The notes under the pieces are model-generated. The model did no database searches. It worked only from the letters and a program-made list of their open reading frames with translations, and had not been told where the DNA came from. Shown piece after piece: positions 36,337 through 49,986 of a DNA stretch of 64,000 bases. Every line of letters begins with the position of its first letter. Within the stretch, counting starts at the first letter, position 1. Position numbers and translations under genes: made by a program. The stretch comes from Epiperipatus broadwayi (lineage: Eukaryota; Animalia; Onychophora), in contig JAQFVV010000003.1 in the NCBI GenBank assembly GCA_028023455.1, positions 11,966,001-12,030,000 on the forward strand, given 5' to 3'.

Positions 36337-38048
36337 TGTGATGAACCACTAATGAATGTGTGATTTGAGAACACACATGCTTTGCATTACATGAGGAATC
36401 ATTTATTATTAAATGATCAAATTAAAATTTTAAAAAAATAATTAAGTCTTAATAAAAGTGAAATATAATATGTTTTAAACACAAACTTGCAAAAGCAAAG
36501 TGTTACATCATCTTGTCGTTTAACAAAATAAAAGAAAGTTTAGTAATAAAGAGCATTAGGAAGGGGGGGGGTTAACTCTAAATAAAAAGTTAAAATTTAG
36601 CTCTCTCTTTTTATAAATTAAGTGAGAAAGAAAAACAGAAATGTAAAAATGGAAATTGAATGAAAATATAATATGTAAAAAGAAAATTGTCAAATTTGAG
36701 AGTCATTTAAAGATTGCTTGGGTGATAAAGAAATAATAACTCCCATTGCATTAATTAAAGAAACAAAGGAAAGGACTACAGACATTATCTCATCAAATGT
36801 TAAATTAATCTAAGCAAGAATTTAGATTAAAACATAACGGAAAATTAATTAAGCAAATATCAATTAATTAAAGAGATCCAAGAATGATAACTAGTAAACA
36901 ATAAGGAAGACACATATAAAAAGACTGAAAGATTCATTCCATTATTATTATATTATATTACTATTTTCATTATCATTCAACATTACTGTATTATAATAAC
37001 TTTTAAAGTAGAGAAGACAGTGAAAAACCAGCAGCATTAGCAGTATGCAGGGTTTGACAGCAACTGAAGTATGGGACTAGCCTTCAATCTCAGTCCTTCA
37101 TAGCATCAGATACTCTCCATCTAGAAATCATGTTTGCCTCATGATCTGAAAACTACAGAAAATCTCTGTCCTTCATTGAAATGTGGAAAATCAGCAAGAA
37201 GTCAAACCATCGATGCAAAAGGAAAGGCCAACCAGTTTGTGATCAACAAAGCAATGAATTGTGTCTATGAAAAGTGCAATGTGTTATCCACAAAAATTCT
37301 AGGTAAATATATTCTTTATTATCCCAATCTAACAATTTGAACATTTATTTGAATGAAAAACTCTAATGAACTTTGATAACATTAATCTTTCTTTAATGTT
37401 GCTTCCCTCAAATTTTGCCATGTTATTCGTAACTCATTATGATGTGTTTTAATTATGAGTGTATATGAAATTTTAATATTGCTTCCATAAGTTAGTAAGT
37501 TGTATTTTAAATATGTGTGTGCTTATATTTAAATTTTGTTATAATATATTTAACTATGAATATGTGTGAATAAATTATTTGTTTGCTTAATTATTGCCTG
37601 ATCATTTCTCTTTCTCTTACAATTGCTTCACTAATAGATTACGTTACAGTTAATTATATTAACTTTTTCTTTCCCACAATTGAGAAAATGAGCTAGCTTG
37701 GGATATACCAAGTGCTAGATTGTGTATCTGTCATCTGAGCATGCTGATTATATACCATATGATTAGCTGGTGCCTGAGGTCTTACCTCAAAACAAATAAA
37801 TATGCTTTGAATGGCAGGGGTTTGAATTTAGCAGCCGAAAAAATTTATAGCCTGGAAATGTGGCTGCAAATTATATTTTGTATAGCTTTGGTCTGGTTAT
37901 AGGTACCATTGATGTTTCATCTATCTGTGGTTATATACTCATCTTCTTAAAGGGCCAGTTTGCTGCAATAATGAAAGTGCAGCCAGAGTTAAGGTCAAGA
38001 TTTTAAAATTAGATAATCATAGTGATTTCATCCCACCTGGTTCAGTAC
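36337..38048 (+). repeat. Putative 3' LTR of element A (~1.7 kb)
   Basis: PPT then TG start; its 3' half is repeated at 23624-24473; ends ...GGTTCAGTACA. Confidence 0.65.
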
Positions 38049-40486
38049 ATTATATGCTTGTGTAAACTGTGCTATGTATATTATACAAATATATGTACGT
38101 ATGTATGATAATGCAACGTAAATCTATGTAAAAATATACTAAAAGTTGTTGTTTTTCTGGTGATCTATTCATCAATCATAATTATCTAATTTTCTGAATC
38201 ATGAATTGCTTATTCTAACACCATTGTTGTCTTCTAAATCCTTTAATGAGCTTGGTTTTTTAGGCAAGTGCACCAGATAATGGCTGAGGATCTCTAGAAA
38301 AAAAATTTAAAATGGATGATTGCCATGCTTCTTGAATTTTTTTTATATGGAATGCTGTGATTTCATAATTTTGAAAAGTTTGGATACACCTATGATGGTT
38401 TGAGAACTTTGTACTATTTTGGCTTTGTTTTAAAAATAGTGATGATGGTAAATGTGGATAACCCATAGAATAGATATCATGATTTCATTCTCTTTTCAGT
38501 CAACTTAAGATATCCATTTTTGTTTCAAAGATTAAAGAATGTCTTGATTTTTTCATAGTCATATTAGTTGCAGCCATGATTTTATTTGAAAATATAATTT
38601 TTAAACAAAATTTCTAGAAAAAAATGTGCCTTTCAACTGTCCAAAAGTACAACAAAATGGATGAGAAACTAAAACTAAACTAATCATTTAGTAATTTTTT
38701 GTGTTCTTCCATGCAACTGTTTCTCGTTGCACTGAAAACAAATATCCATACTGAAGTTTTATTTTTTTCAAATTTGTACTACTATATTATATTATTTACA
38801 TGAAATTATTTAGGATTTTAAAAAAAGTTTGATAAATTATTTAATTGGTCATAAAGTTTTGTTATTTATCATTAGTGTAATAGTAACAAAATTAGCATTC
38901 TGCAAATTGTCAAAACTTAATTGCAGTTAACTTCAAAATAAAATATTCTGATATATTAATGCAGTCTGTGTTTGCATATTCTAATCAATATTTAAAGCTT
39001 TTTTTACAGTAAATATTATGCAGAGCTAAATAAAGATCACTTTATATTCGAATAAGTCAGTTGTATTTATTTTTGTGTGTGAGAGAAAGAGATGTTGCAT
39101 TTTATTAATGGTGGCAGACATGGTCTTTGAAATGACCTTAAAATATTTTTGATTAGTTCAGTCAAACTATTTAAATAAATATGAAAGGTATGAATTTTTT
39201 TCAGTTTATTTATTTGCAATTTTGCATAAGTTTTATTAAACCGAAAATACATTTACGTTAAGTTTTATGCTGAATAAAATGTTTTAAAATTGAGCAAATA
39301 GATTGTGTTATTTTTAATTTAGATTAGTAATTTTTAATCACACAAAGTTCATTATTATGAAATCTTTTTTTTTTCCAAAATAACAATTACCATAACTAAA
39401 TTACAATATGATATCATTATTTTTGCCATAAGTAAAGTACCATTAGTAAAAATTTTAATCCATAAGAGTAAATATATACAATGAACAGGTTTTAAACTAA
39501 TATACACATTACACTCTTAAAATATGATTTAGATTATTTATTCTAAAGTTGTAATTATTTATTAACCTTTTGGCTCTTTCTAGAAAATTATTTCATTTTT
39601 TGACCAATTCACTCCTGGTGAATTTTTTCATAAGTATTATACATTAAAATGCATGTAAAATGGTGTATTTTATTATAATAAATTTTTTGGCGAAAATTTT
39701 GCACTAAAAAGCAGAAAATTCAAAATGCCCACTCTTACAATAGACATAAGCCCCCCCCCCACATGTTCAGCTATTATCTGTTGCCAAGGCTGTAAAATGT
39801 TTGGAGTTTTATGGTATTGTAGTTTCCAATGATGCAAAAACATGTTTATTTGCAAATTTATTATGGTTTTAGATTTTTTTTAATAATTTACACTATATTT
39901 ATTAGATATTAAGAAATATAAATTATTAATAACTTATTTTGATTTGAAATACTTTATTTTCAAAAATATAATATTATATTAGCAGCTAATGTAAATATGG
40001 CCTGAATCAATTTACAAGATTAGTTTTTCATAAACAATCTACTTTATATTTATGAGTAAGAGAATATCACAATTTTGCAATAAATATTCAAAAAATTTAA
40101 ACTTTTAAAGCATAATTCATTAGATATAAGAGAAATAAATAATTATTCATTTGGATGTTTAAAAATAATAAAAAATTAAAAAATATTTTGTTGATTTTAT
40201 AAACTGAAAATAATCTTTCTAGAAAAGATGACATGTAAAGTCTTTGTTTTGATTGCAATATCATTTTTTTAATATTTACAGAAACAAAATGTGAACATTT
40301 AAAATTTATCTCAGTAGTAAACAAAAATATCTATCAAATGAAGTCAAATTTATTATTTTCTAATAAATAATAATCATTTTATCATATATTTTACGTTGAT
40401 ATGTGAAACAAAGAAAAATGTCAGAAAAATGTGTGAAAAGTTTGCTGCATTTTGGAAAGGTTAAGCACACAGAAAGTATATGTAAC

Positions 40487-40695
40487 TACTTTAGAGACAG
40501 GCTTTAACCTATATCAGATTGGCCTATATTAGTAGAAAGTTAGGTTAACGATAAGATGGTCACTCTTGTCTTTATAAAAGTCACTATTTTGTATCGAGAT
40601 TTGAGAGGTCCCTCTATTGGCAAATAAAGATATTGTTTAACTATTATAAACATTCTAAGCACATATGATATAGGTTAAAGCCTGTTTCTAAAGTA
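40487..40695. mobile_element. MITE with 30-bp TIRs and TA ends
   Basis: TACTTTAGAGACAGGCTTTAACCTATATCA / TGATATAGGTTAAAGCCTGTTTCTAAAGTA. Confidence 0.8.
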
Positions 40696-43600
40696 TTATT
40701 TATTATACTGAATGAAATGTTTGAAGGATGGAGCTTTATAATTATTAATATTAATGAAAATTTTTACTTTGAACATATCATTAGTGAAGAACAGACTATC
40801 TTGCAAAGATACTGAATACAAATTAATTAAAATTCTGTTTTGTACATTCATTAATCATATTTTAAGTTTATAATCAAAATATTGGGTACAGAACTAATAT
40901 TGTGTACTGTATTATATATTATGAATAAACTCTGTACTGTACAGTTTCAGTATAAAATTTACTATTTTGCTTTTGGTTAGCATAGTGTTAATAACTTTAC
41001 TATGACATCATCAGTCTTACAAAATGGCTGCCAAAAATATTTGCTTACAAATTGATGATGAATGCTGTTGTGAATCTTTGCAATATATTTATTATTTTTT
41101 TATTATTATTTACATAATAATAATTATTATTAATATTTGTTAACACAGATAAATGAACTTGCTGAGTTTTAGGTTTAGTTTTGTGTTAGTTATTTTAAAA
41201 TTGACATTTGCTCAACTGGTATTATTAAGAATACCCTCAAGTACATAGCACTTATTTAAAACATTGAGATTTTTTTGTGTGCTTATGTGTTTCAATGTGA
41301 TAAAATAAATGTACATACACACTCAAATATAATGTTAAATATCAACTAATTTTGTTTTTCGTTTACTTTTATAATATAAAAAATATTAATATTTTATTAT
41401 GTAAATATGTACTTTTTCTATATTAATGATCACAAACTTGGAACCTGATTAACAATTTTAAAAATTCTCCAAACGGTTAACTGCATAATTATGATTATTA
41501 TTTAAGGAATTTTTTTGCATGATGGATATCCTGAAAAATTATGCCTGGGCTTTTTTGTTTTTTTGCTTTGCTCGTCAGCTTCCGATAATGTTTCTTTATT
41601 TAATGTGTAGCATCAGACAACTTTTCTTTTTCCAACGTCGCCTAGAAAAGCCAAAAGGATGGAAATCATATCGTAAAGGGAAATCGGTTTAAAATACACT
41701 CCAGTGCCATAAATAATGTAAGATTAAGTAATCAGATGCATATAAAATCTCCATCCTTAGTATTCAAAGCCATATTCTAGAAGGAAGAACTTAGGTATTT
41801 GGTGATTTGTTGGATTAAAGCAATTTAACCACGGTTAATAATATTTGAAAATGAAATAAATAAAGTACAGTATAATGGTAACATTTTGAAAAACATATCC
41901 ATCTTCGCATAAAAGACATCAACTTGTTAACGGATGAATTGTCATTATTATATATAACGTATGTGACAGATAGATCATATTGCTATTGTACATATAAGCT
42001 GAACGAATCGTGATATCTGAAATATTTGTCTGTGCTTGTATTAATTGACGCTGTAGCCTAGTCAAATTCATTTTAATTTTAAATCAGTAAATATGTTACT
42101 GCCTCTGCTTATTAATTCATTAATGATACAATAGCTTTAAGTTTCTAGTCTGTTTTTTAAACAGTAAATTGTAATACGATATTTAAAGAAGCTAGAGGGA
42201 GAAAAAGGCTTTTCCCATTTTTCTAAAAATAGATTTCAAGGACTGATGAAAGTTGATATTAATTACTTTTGATGGAGAATGGAGTGCAAAAAAAAAAAGT
42301 GACTTGCTAATATTTTATCTTTTTTTTTTTTTTTTTTATAAACTATCGCAAAGAATATTGCCATCATAAACATAATAATACGATAATCTCCCCGAGAGAA
42401 ATTTAAAAACAAACTGATTTTTGCTTAAAAATTAACAATCACACAATGTACATATAATTTGCATCTATCTTCGCAAATAAAGTTCTATTATAAAAAAATA
42501 CTTTTCTTTATATGCCCACATCCATGAATTTACTCATATATTTAAATGATGTTCTCACAGTCAGATTTTATGAATCTGCTTAATTTTAAAGATTATCATG
42601 ATCAAGCAATATATCTTAAGTTTTCTGCCCAAAATTTGGATTGATAACACTTGATAATCATCGTGGCCAATCAAACAATAAGATCATCCTCACAAATAAT
42701 CATTACTTTCTATTAATTGTTAATAAAATTATCATAACATTTTAAACACAAGCTTTTTTTAAAAGTTTATTTATGTTCTCTGACTGAAGGCAAGTTAAAA
42801 TAACTAGGCAGTAGAGTAGACAAACAAATAACAACAGTTGATCATTACCAATAGTAGTTTTTCATTCATTGCCACGTCTTTAATATACTTTGTTTAAATA
42901 TTTCAATATTTCAAAATAATACTGCATTATTAAAGTACACTACAAAAAAATGATTTCGATAATGGACTGCCATCCAATTCATTGGGGACAATAATACAAT
43001 GCTAACTAAAATTTAAAAAGAAAAATAATCAGCTACAATAAAATTGAATTTAATATCTTATCGAATTGTAGATATTTTAAATATTTGAATTATAGAATAT
43101 TCTGCTGAAATATTATTTTAATAAACTTTAAAAATTAGTATTAGCTTGATGATATCTAAAATATATTTTATGTATGAATATTAATGGATTGAAAGTCCTG
43201 TGAGATTTAGTATGGTGGTAGAAAAGCAAAGTCAGAGGTAAAGATTCCTGAATCAATTTTCAAACAAATGGAACTTTCATGCTCAATCTGTTGCTCAAAC
43301 AACATGTAAAGTTCTGAATAACTAACTAAACAAAAGTAGAGACAAATTATTAACTACTCTTTTTTACTGCCCAATAAATGGGTTTTCATGAATTCCTTTA
43401 AAATAACTGAGTGGAAAACACTATATTAATATACTACAATACCAGTTATAGAACTAGATACCATAGATTGAAAAAGAAGCATAGTTATGAAACAAATTTT
43501 ATTTCAAAAGCTTACTGGTTCACTTATAATGTGTGATTTTTAGACATCAGCCAATATGAATGAGAACAATTTTGTGAATGATATTTTTCAACATATAAAT

Positions 43601-44689
43601 GCAAAAATATCCATAAATATACCTAAAATCTTTGTATCAGCTTTCATTGTTGTATTTATTTTGGATGTGTAACAATTTGTTGATTAGTTTTTTAGCATAT
43701 ATAAAACTAAAATTTCATCTATTGATTTTGTAGAGCATATCTCATTTAGATAGTAAAAACAATCTTAAAAGATTGTCACTAACACATAATAATTGCTTCA
43801 AAATGTTTTGGGAGAAAAAATATCATCCTAATAAAATCTTATTAATAGCTGATTCTCCCTAAAAAATATTGAACCATGACTTACAGCTTTAGATCATAAT
43901 AACCATTTTATTCTCAAGGTACAAATTACAAAAATAGCTGTGAATTTTCATCTAGTAATCAAACTATTGGATTAATGTATTTTCTCTAATAAATATCATT
44001 ATTATATTGTAAAGAATTGAGCAGTTTTCCATTTTTATTTTACCCTATACACCTGGGTCTCTTTTTATGCAGTAGATAGGTTCCACAGAAAACCCACATT
44101 AAAAAAATTGCACAAAAATAGACTTAACTTACATTGAAAAATGTGGGATACGTTCCTTAATTTTCAGAAATTGCATAAAACCAAAGCAACAAAGTAAAAT
44201 TACTTTAAAATTCACATAAAAATAAGGAAATAAAGTATAACTAATAAAAAATTTCAACTATTTGAAAAAAATTAATACAAGACAAACTTTTTTTACTTTT
44301 TTTATTAACTACTTAATTTTATTCAAAACAATATGTTTTTATGTGTACTTTATTTTACATTTTTTCATACATATTTTAATCATTATCACTATTTGACAAT
44401 ATGCATGTTCATTTGTGAACTGGTAAGAAATCAGATTCATCGCAAGAGGAAATACAATTAGTGCCAACTTCAGTCTAGTGCTGTGTTAATGGTTTTCTAT
44501 CGACAATATAATCAGTAATTAAACTTTGAGATGATGATTTTACTAATTGTTTATGATGCTTGCGATAACCAGACTGTTATGTGTAGCTGTTAGAGAATGC
44601 ACTTCCACGAGTGCAACTATATATATATAACATGCTTCCGCGAATGTGTTAATAATGACTAACAGTTAAATTTTCTTTTATACACATAT

Positions 44690-44822
44690 ATATGGAGAAA
44701 TTTGAGACAGAAAAAAGTTACAAGTAAAATATTTAAGAACTTTTAAAGATACATTCTTTTTAAGTAGAAATTAAAAGTTCTTAAATATTTTTACTTGTAA
44801 CTTTTTTTTGTTTAAAAGTTTC

Positions 44823-44857
<35 letters not shown>

Positions 44858-44965
44858 ATAAAAGAAAATATAAATATACACATTTTAAAGATACATTCTT
44901 TTTAAGTAGAAATTAAAAGTTCTTAAGTATTTTTACTTGTAACTTTTTTCTGTCTAAAAGTTTCT
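44690..44965. repeat. Hairpin repeat with duplicated right half around a (TA)n(TG)n tract
   Basis: AAAAAAGTTACAAGTAAAATATTTAAGAACTTTTA is inverted at ~44772-44810. The right half is repeated at ~44883-44965; microsatellite at 44823-44857. Confidence 0.8.
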
Positions 44966-47009
44966 CTTTGTATATTGTAACAGTCAGAATCGTCTATCTT
45001 GCTAACACACTGCAGAATTCAAACCCCACACATGAAACTGAACATTCTAGGAGGGGTTTCTTCTAGATATACTAAGTTCGAATCTAAAGTCCAAATTTCA
45101 TAGCGTCACCTACGTGATAACGCATCTGATGCTACTACTAGTACAACCTTTTACCGGTGCCTGGTGGTCAGGGAGAAACAAAAGACTCTATACTAAGATA
45201 AGTTTGGGTTGCTAATTAATGTCTATGGATGTACAAAAGAAATGCAAAAAATAGATATATAGACCGAGACAGTGATAGGAATCAATAAAATAAAAGATCA
45301 AAATTAGTTTTAAATGATTTCAAAAATTTATTTATATAGAAATATATATATATATATAATGCCAGTATCTGCTTATATGAGACAGGGACGGTTACTAAAT
45401 AATTGTTGGCATTACATTTCAATATATTACAAAAAGGTTTTAAAACAAAATTATATATTCTATCCCTTGGGCTAATAGCATTACGATAATGTGCTTAAAA
45501 GTGATGGGAACATGTGCGAGGTGCTTTGAGTAATTATAACAGTTTAATAAAATATTTGATATTACGGGTTATATAATATTTATTGATTTCGAGAATAGCA
45601 TGGACAAAAGCTTCCTAAGCAATAAAGTGGGGATGTGATCAAGACGTTTATTTGATAATAATAACTAAAGCAGATGGGAGGTCAGTATTGCTAGTAATGA
45701 ATTTATTAAAGGATGGAGGGTGTGACACGTTTAAGTCACGGATGCTTTGTAGAAATAAATATATAAATAAAACAATAGTGAATATTTGGAGTGACTACGG
45801 AGGGCAGCTTGCCACTAACCTGTAGGAAAGTGTTATCACAAACAGCCGAAACTTAGCAACTGGGTGACGACTGCATTTAATTCCCAGGTGTGACATTTGT
45901 GGACACACTCTGCCTGGAACTGCAGCAAGCGAAGAAAGAATGGACTTAGCCGTTTAAAATCCTTGGAAAGCGAAACAGCGGTCTCAACAACCAATTCATT
46001 TACCAGCAATACTAAACTAATGTATATAAAACATACTAAATGGGTTTTACTTGGATTAAGAGAAATGCCCAATCAAATTCCCAGAAATTCATTTAAAAGG
46101 GTCCGCACATTCTCGACGTCAATGATGAACTTTGTAATTAAAGTAGAACACTGTATTTGAAAATAGGAGAATGCATGCTTGCGGGTTTGAAAAGAAAGCA
46201 TAGGTTTATTTACACAATCATGCATTTGGGGACACATTTAAATCATTGACCTCATCGCACATACTCTCATATTAGGTTAAAATCAATAACATGTAGATTT
46301 TAAACTATGTGATTATTATATATATTTAAGAAGATTAGAATCACTCTCCAACAAGTGATTTGCAAGATAATAAAATTGGGAATTATTATAAATTTAAAAT
46401 ATGCCTTAATAGTGGCATCTTACTTTCAACAAAGGGAATAATTCACTCGGCCAAAGACGATTCTGACACATTATCATAATAAAATAAAAGAAAGCTTAAT
46501 AAATCGAAAATATTAACCCAAGGATAGAGAGCAAAACTGTCGATTATATTAGAACATGTTAAAAGAATACATAATGAAGTTATGTGACATAAAAGAAAAA
46601 AATTTAAAATAGCTATAGCATGTTAGTTAGGAATCACAAGAGCTCTTGGGTTAATTTGGGTTACCTCTGGAGAAGCATTTGCAGGTAGATTGATGTTCGG
46701 CAGGTTTTATCAATTCAGCAGCAAAATCTGGAATTGTTCATATTTTTGGCAGCAGCAGCAGTTCCGGGGTTCCTTATGTGATAGCTTCCGATGGTCTAGA
46801 GCAGCAGCTGGCCATTCCCAAGGGGAAATAGCCTTCTTGCTGGTTCTACTCAGTCATGTCACGGTTAGCAATAGGTGTAGTAAACATGGTAAATTAATTT
46901 GGTGATGAAAACTTGGCTTCAAATATAAGTTCGCAGTCACGTAGCTAAAATCTCAGGAAAATATATTTTGAAGAATATTTTACTAGAATATTTTCAATAG
47001 AAAATGACT

Positions 47010-47136
47010 AAAATCATTTCATTACAAACACCAGAATAATTTTGGTTAGAAACATTTCATCAGCAAAACTAGAATAATTTTGGTTAGAAACATTTCATCA
47101 GCAAATGACCAGAAACATTTCATTAGAAACACCAGA
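47010..47136. repeat. Short tandem repeat (38-bp period core)
   Basis: AGAATAATTTTGGTTAGAAACATTTCATCAGCAAA at 47033 and 47071; four CATTTCAT motifs. Confidence 0.8.
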
Positions 47137-48359
47137 ATGGTGAACAAAAGAAAACCCTTCTTTTTATAGTGGAAATAAACAATAGAACTGCCCTGGAGCA
47201 TTACAAAAATATATCAGACTTATCAGATGTAATTAAATCTATCTGAATGTCTAAAGGAATTTAACAAAATTTTAATTAATTTCTATTGTTAATTTCCTTG
47301 TCGACATTTGAATTACAAACTGGATTTAATTAAAAATTACTTTTACTAATTAAAGAAAACCTTAAGTGGACATCTGCTGTATTTCTAGATAAGCTTCTAT
47401 AACATTAAATAATTAAACTATTGTCCCTCATTTACTTTAACAGAAATATTTGGAATGACTTTTATTAAATTAAAAGAAAATTATTTTACTTTTTAAATTG
47501 CAATATTTGAATCTATTTACTAAATGAATATGAATTTTATTTTAAATCAAAAATATATTACGACTATAATATATTTTTGTAAATAGATTCAAACAAAATA
47601 ACTTTAATTAACGATTTATAATTTTGATATGTTTTAAAATGCATATCATAGTGTGTGCGCAATTATGACCTATATAACCTACTTTTAAATAAATCGAAAT
47701 TATGTGAACATTTACATAATCCATAATCTTATTTATTTGGGAATGAGTTATATATATACCACGAGCGTTGTACTTGTGGTTTAAAATTAGGCAGGATTTT
47801 CGGTGTATAAGCATATGGCAGACACACTACAATAGATTGGGGTTCAAACTAAGGTATGAGGGTAGGAAACGTGAGAAAAGGTGAAACGAAGATCTGCAAA
47901 GCAGACCTTACTGTTTCAATATATGTGTATAAAAGAAAATATAAACATAGACATACATAACACAAATGTACAACTATTTAGCTCTTGGAATTTAAGAGCT
48001 CATTCATAATTTGTGCAATTAACAAAAAATGATTTTCCAATTGATTAGAAAGTTGAAGACTTTCTCGAATCATTTTTGCAGTGAAACGAAGAGATTCCAC
48101 TTCTGTTTCATTATCTTTTTCTAAATCTTCTATCATATCTAAATTTATTGCCAAACCTTTTTCCAACAGGCATTTAAAGTATGTAAAATTTAATGTGTGT
48201 ATGTAAAATTGGGTAAATCCCAATTTTAAGTGAAATATGAACTTCTTTATTGCATAAAAGAAAACCACATAAAAAGATATTAAGAAGAAACATGAATTGC
48301 ATAACTTCAAAATCGCATTTAAAAAATCCACACAATAAGAGACCCAGGTGTAATTAATT

Positions 48360-49009
48360 TTTGATATTAATATACCAACATTTCAATTTGATCACACAAG
48401 TCATCTACTTGCTGATAAATGGTAGAAAGACACTTGTAGAGACACTACAATGACTGATTTGAAAATAATGTTAAAGTTCTGCCAATAGCAAAAATATTAA
48501 AGTAAAATATGTTTTTTAAAAAAAATCTTTCCAAATAGGAGGAATTTTGTATGTATCGTCTCGCTTATTGACAATCTGGTCTTTTTAGTATCTCAATGGC
48601 TTCTCTGATTTTTACACTGGTAGAGATTATCACCTCTGGATATGATCCTGATACTAGAAAAATCAATTTTATGATCTGAATCTATAGTATGGAATTAGAG
48701 TGCTGATGATTTTTCTAGTACCAGGATCATATCCAGAGGTGATGATCTCTACCAGTGTAAAATCAGAGAATCCATTAAGATACTAAAAAGATCAGATTGT
48801 ATCAATAAGCAAGATGATACATGCAAACTCCTTCTATTTGGAAAGTTTTTAAAAAACATATTTTAATTTAACATTTTTGCTATTAGTGGAACTTTGACAT
48901 TATTTTCAAATAAGTGATTATAGTGCTTCTAAAACCATCTTTTTATCATTTATCACCCAGTAGATGACTTGTGTGATCAAGTCAAAATATCAGTATATTA
49001 ATATTAAAT
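48360..49009. mobile_element. Fold-back MITE, ~300 bp arms and ~45 bp spacer
   Basis: 48360-48665 is the imperfect reverse complement of ~48708-49009 (e.g. TTTTACACTGGTAGAGATTATCACCTCTGGATATGATCCTG / CAGGATCATATCCAGAGGTGATGATCTCTACCAGTGTAAAA). Confidence 0.88.
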
Positions 49010-49761
49010 TTTTTTAACATGGACGAGCCCACAAAGTATATCTTTTATAAGTGCCATGAAAATCTTTGTATCAACATATATGTATATATATTGTAGCCTT
49101 TCTATTTTTCTGCATCATTATATGGCTGTAGTTAATAATCAATTCTGGTAAAAAAAAATATATTTTATATAATGATTAGTAAAAAACATGTTATTTAATT
49201 TGTAGGAGAAATTAAAATGTACTATTTTTTAGTATTAAACTTGCATTCATTTTCTTTAAATAGATATAATCTATAGGATATAAATTTGAAATAAAAACTA
49301 TGCTATTTAATAAGAGTTAAAATCCTGTAAAGTATTTTAAATCAGTAGTTATAATTAATAAAAATTAATACTTTTATAATTATTAATAATCAAATTAAAA
49401 TGACTATATATTTATTATGTTAAAATAAATTAATTAATGATAAAATAAATAAAAAGTGAGGTGGGTGTTAATAAGTGTGTACACACATATTTATCAAATA
49501 ATAAATTAAATTTGCTTCCTGGTACATTTTAAAAAGTTGTTAATTGTTAGACATGGTAGTATCATTGATATTTTAGTGAAACAGTGTTTTGTGATATTCC
49601 TATGCCATTCAGGGTATACTTTTGGTATATACTTAATGTTAAAAGGAGTACCTTACTGAATGTTTATATACTAAGTCTCATGATTACAGTTAGTTTATTA
49701 TTAAATAATTAATTAATATTAATATAGTCTAGATATGAAATAAATAATTTGTATTATTACA

Positions 49762-49927
49762 ATTAATATCATTTATGTTCTTTATTATATTTTACAATGC
49801 TTTTTACAACTCACTATTGATGGTTTTAATTGCCCTGGCAATCTTCTTTAGAACTTATATTTATATTTCCAAATCTTAACTGCAAAAAGCATTGTAAAAA
49901 GGACTAAAGAACATAAATGATATTAAT
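49762..49927. repeat. Small fold-back insertion in the 5' LTR
   Basis: ATTAATATCATTTATGTTCTTTA...TTTTACAATGCTTTTT / AAAAAGCATTGTAAAA...TAAAGAACATAAATGATATTAAT; absent from the 3' LTR. Confidence 0.75.
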
Positions 49928-49986
49928 ATTATATAGATTTGGCAATGCAATAAGAAGATAAAGTTATAATACTTCATAAAGATATA

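Larger units (their letters stand above)
23624..38048 (+). mobile_element. Old, apparently non-autonomous long-LTR element ('element A') hosting the 26935-36001 Gypsy
   Basis: 23624-~24473 is a direct repeat of 37268-38048. PPT AAAGGGGGAGGAG (36324-36336) is followed by TGTGATG, defining a 3' LTR 36337-38048 (...GTACA). The internal sequence outside the nested element (~2.8 kb) shows K/E-rich ORF remnants but no pol motifs. Confidence 0.6.
41500..48300. promoter_or_regulatory. TE-poor, CpG-retaining domain (possible host gene or regulatory DNA)
   Basis: CG dinucleotides are visibly more frequent here (e.g. 41620-41700, 45090-45170, 45790-46260, 47740-47900) than in the flanking CpG-decayed TEs; judged by eye, not counted. 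Confidence 0.35.

Noticed and set aside
46690-46905. 71-aa ORF with a QQQQ run as a host gene
   Set aside because: No frame on either strand gives a recognisable protein; treated only as part of the CpG-retaining domain.
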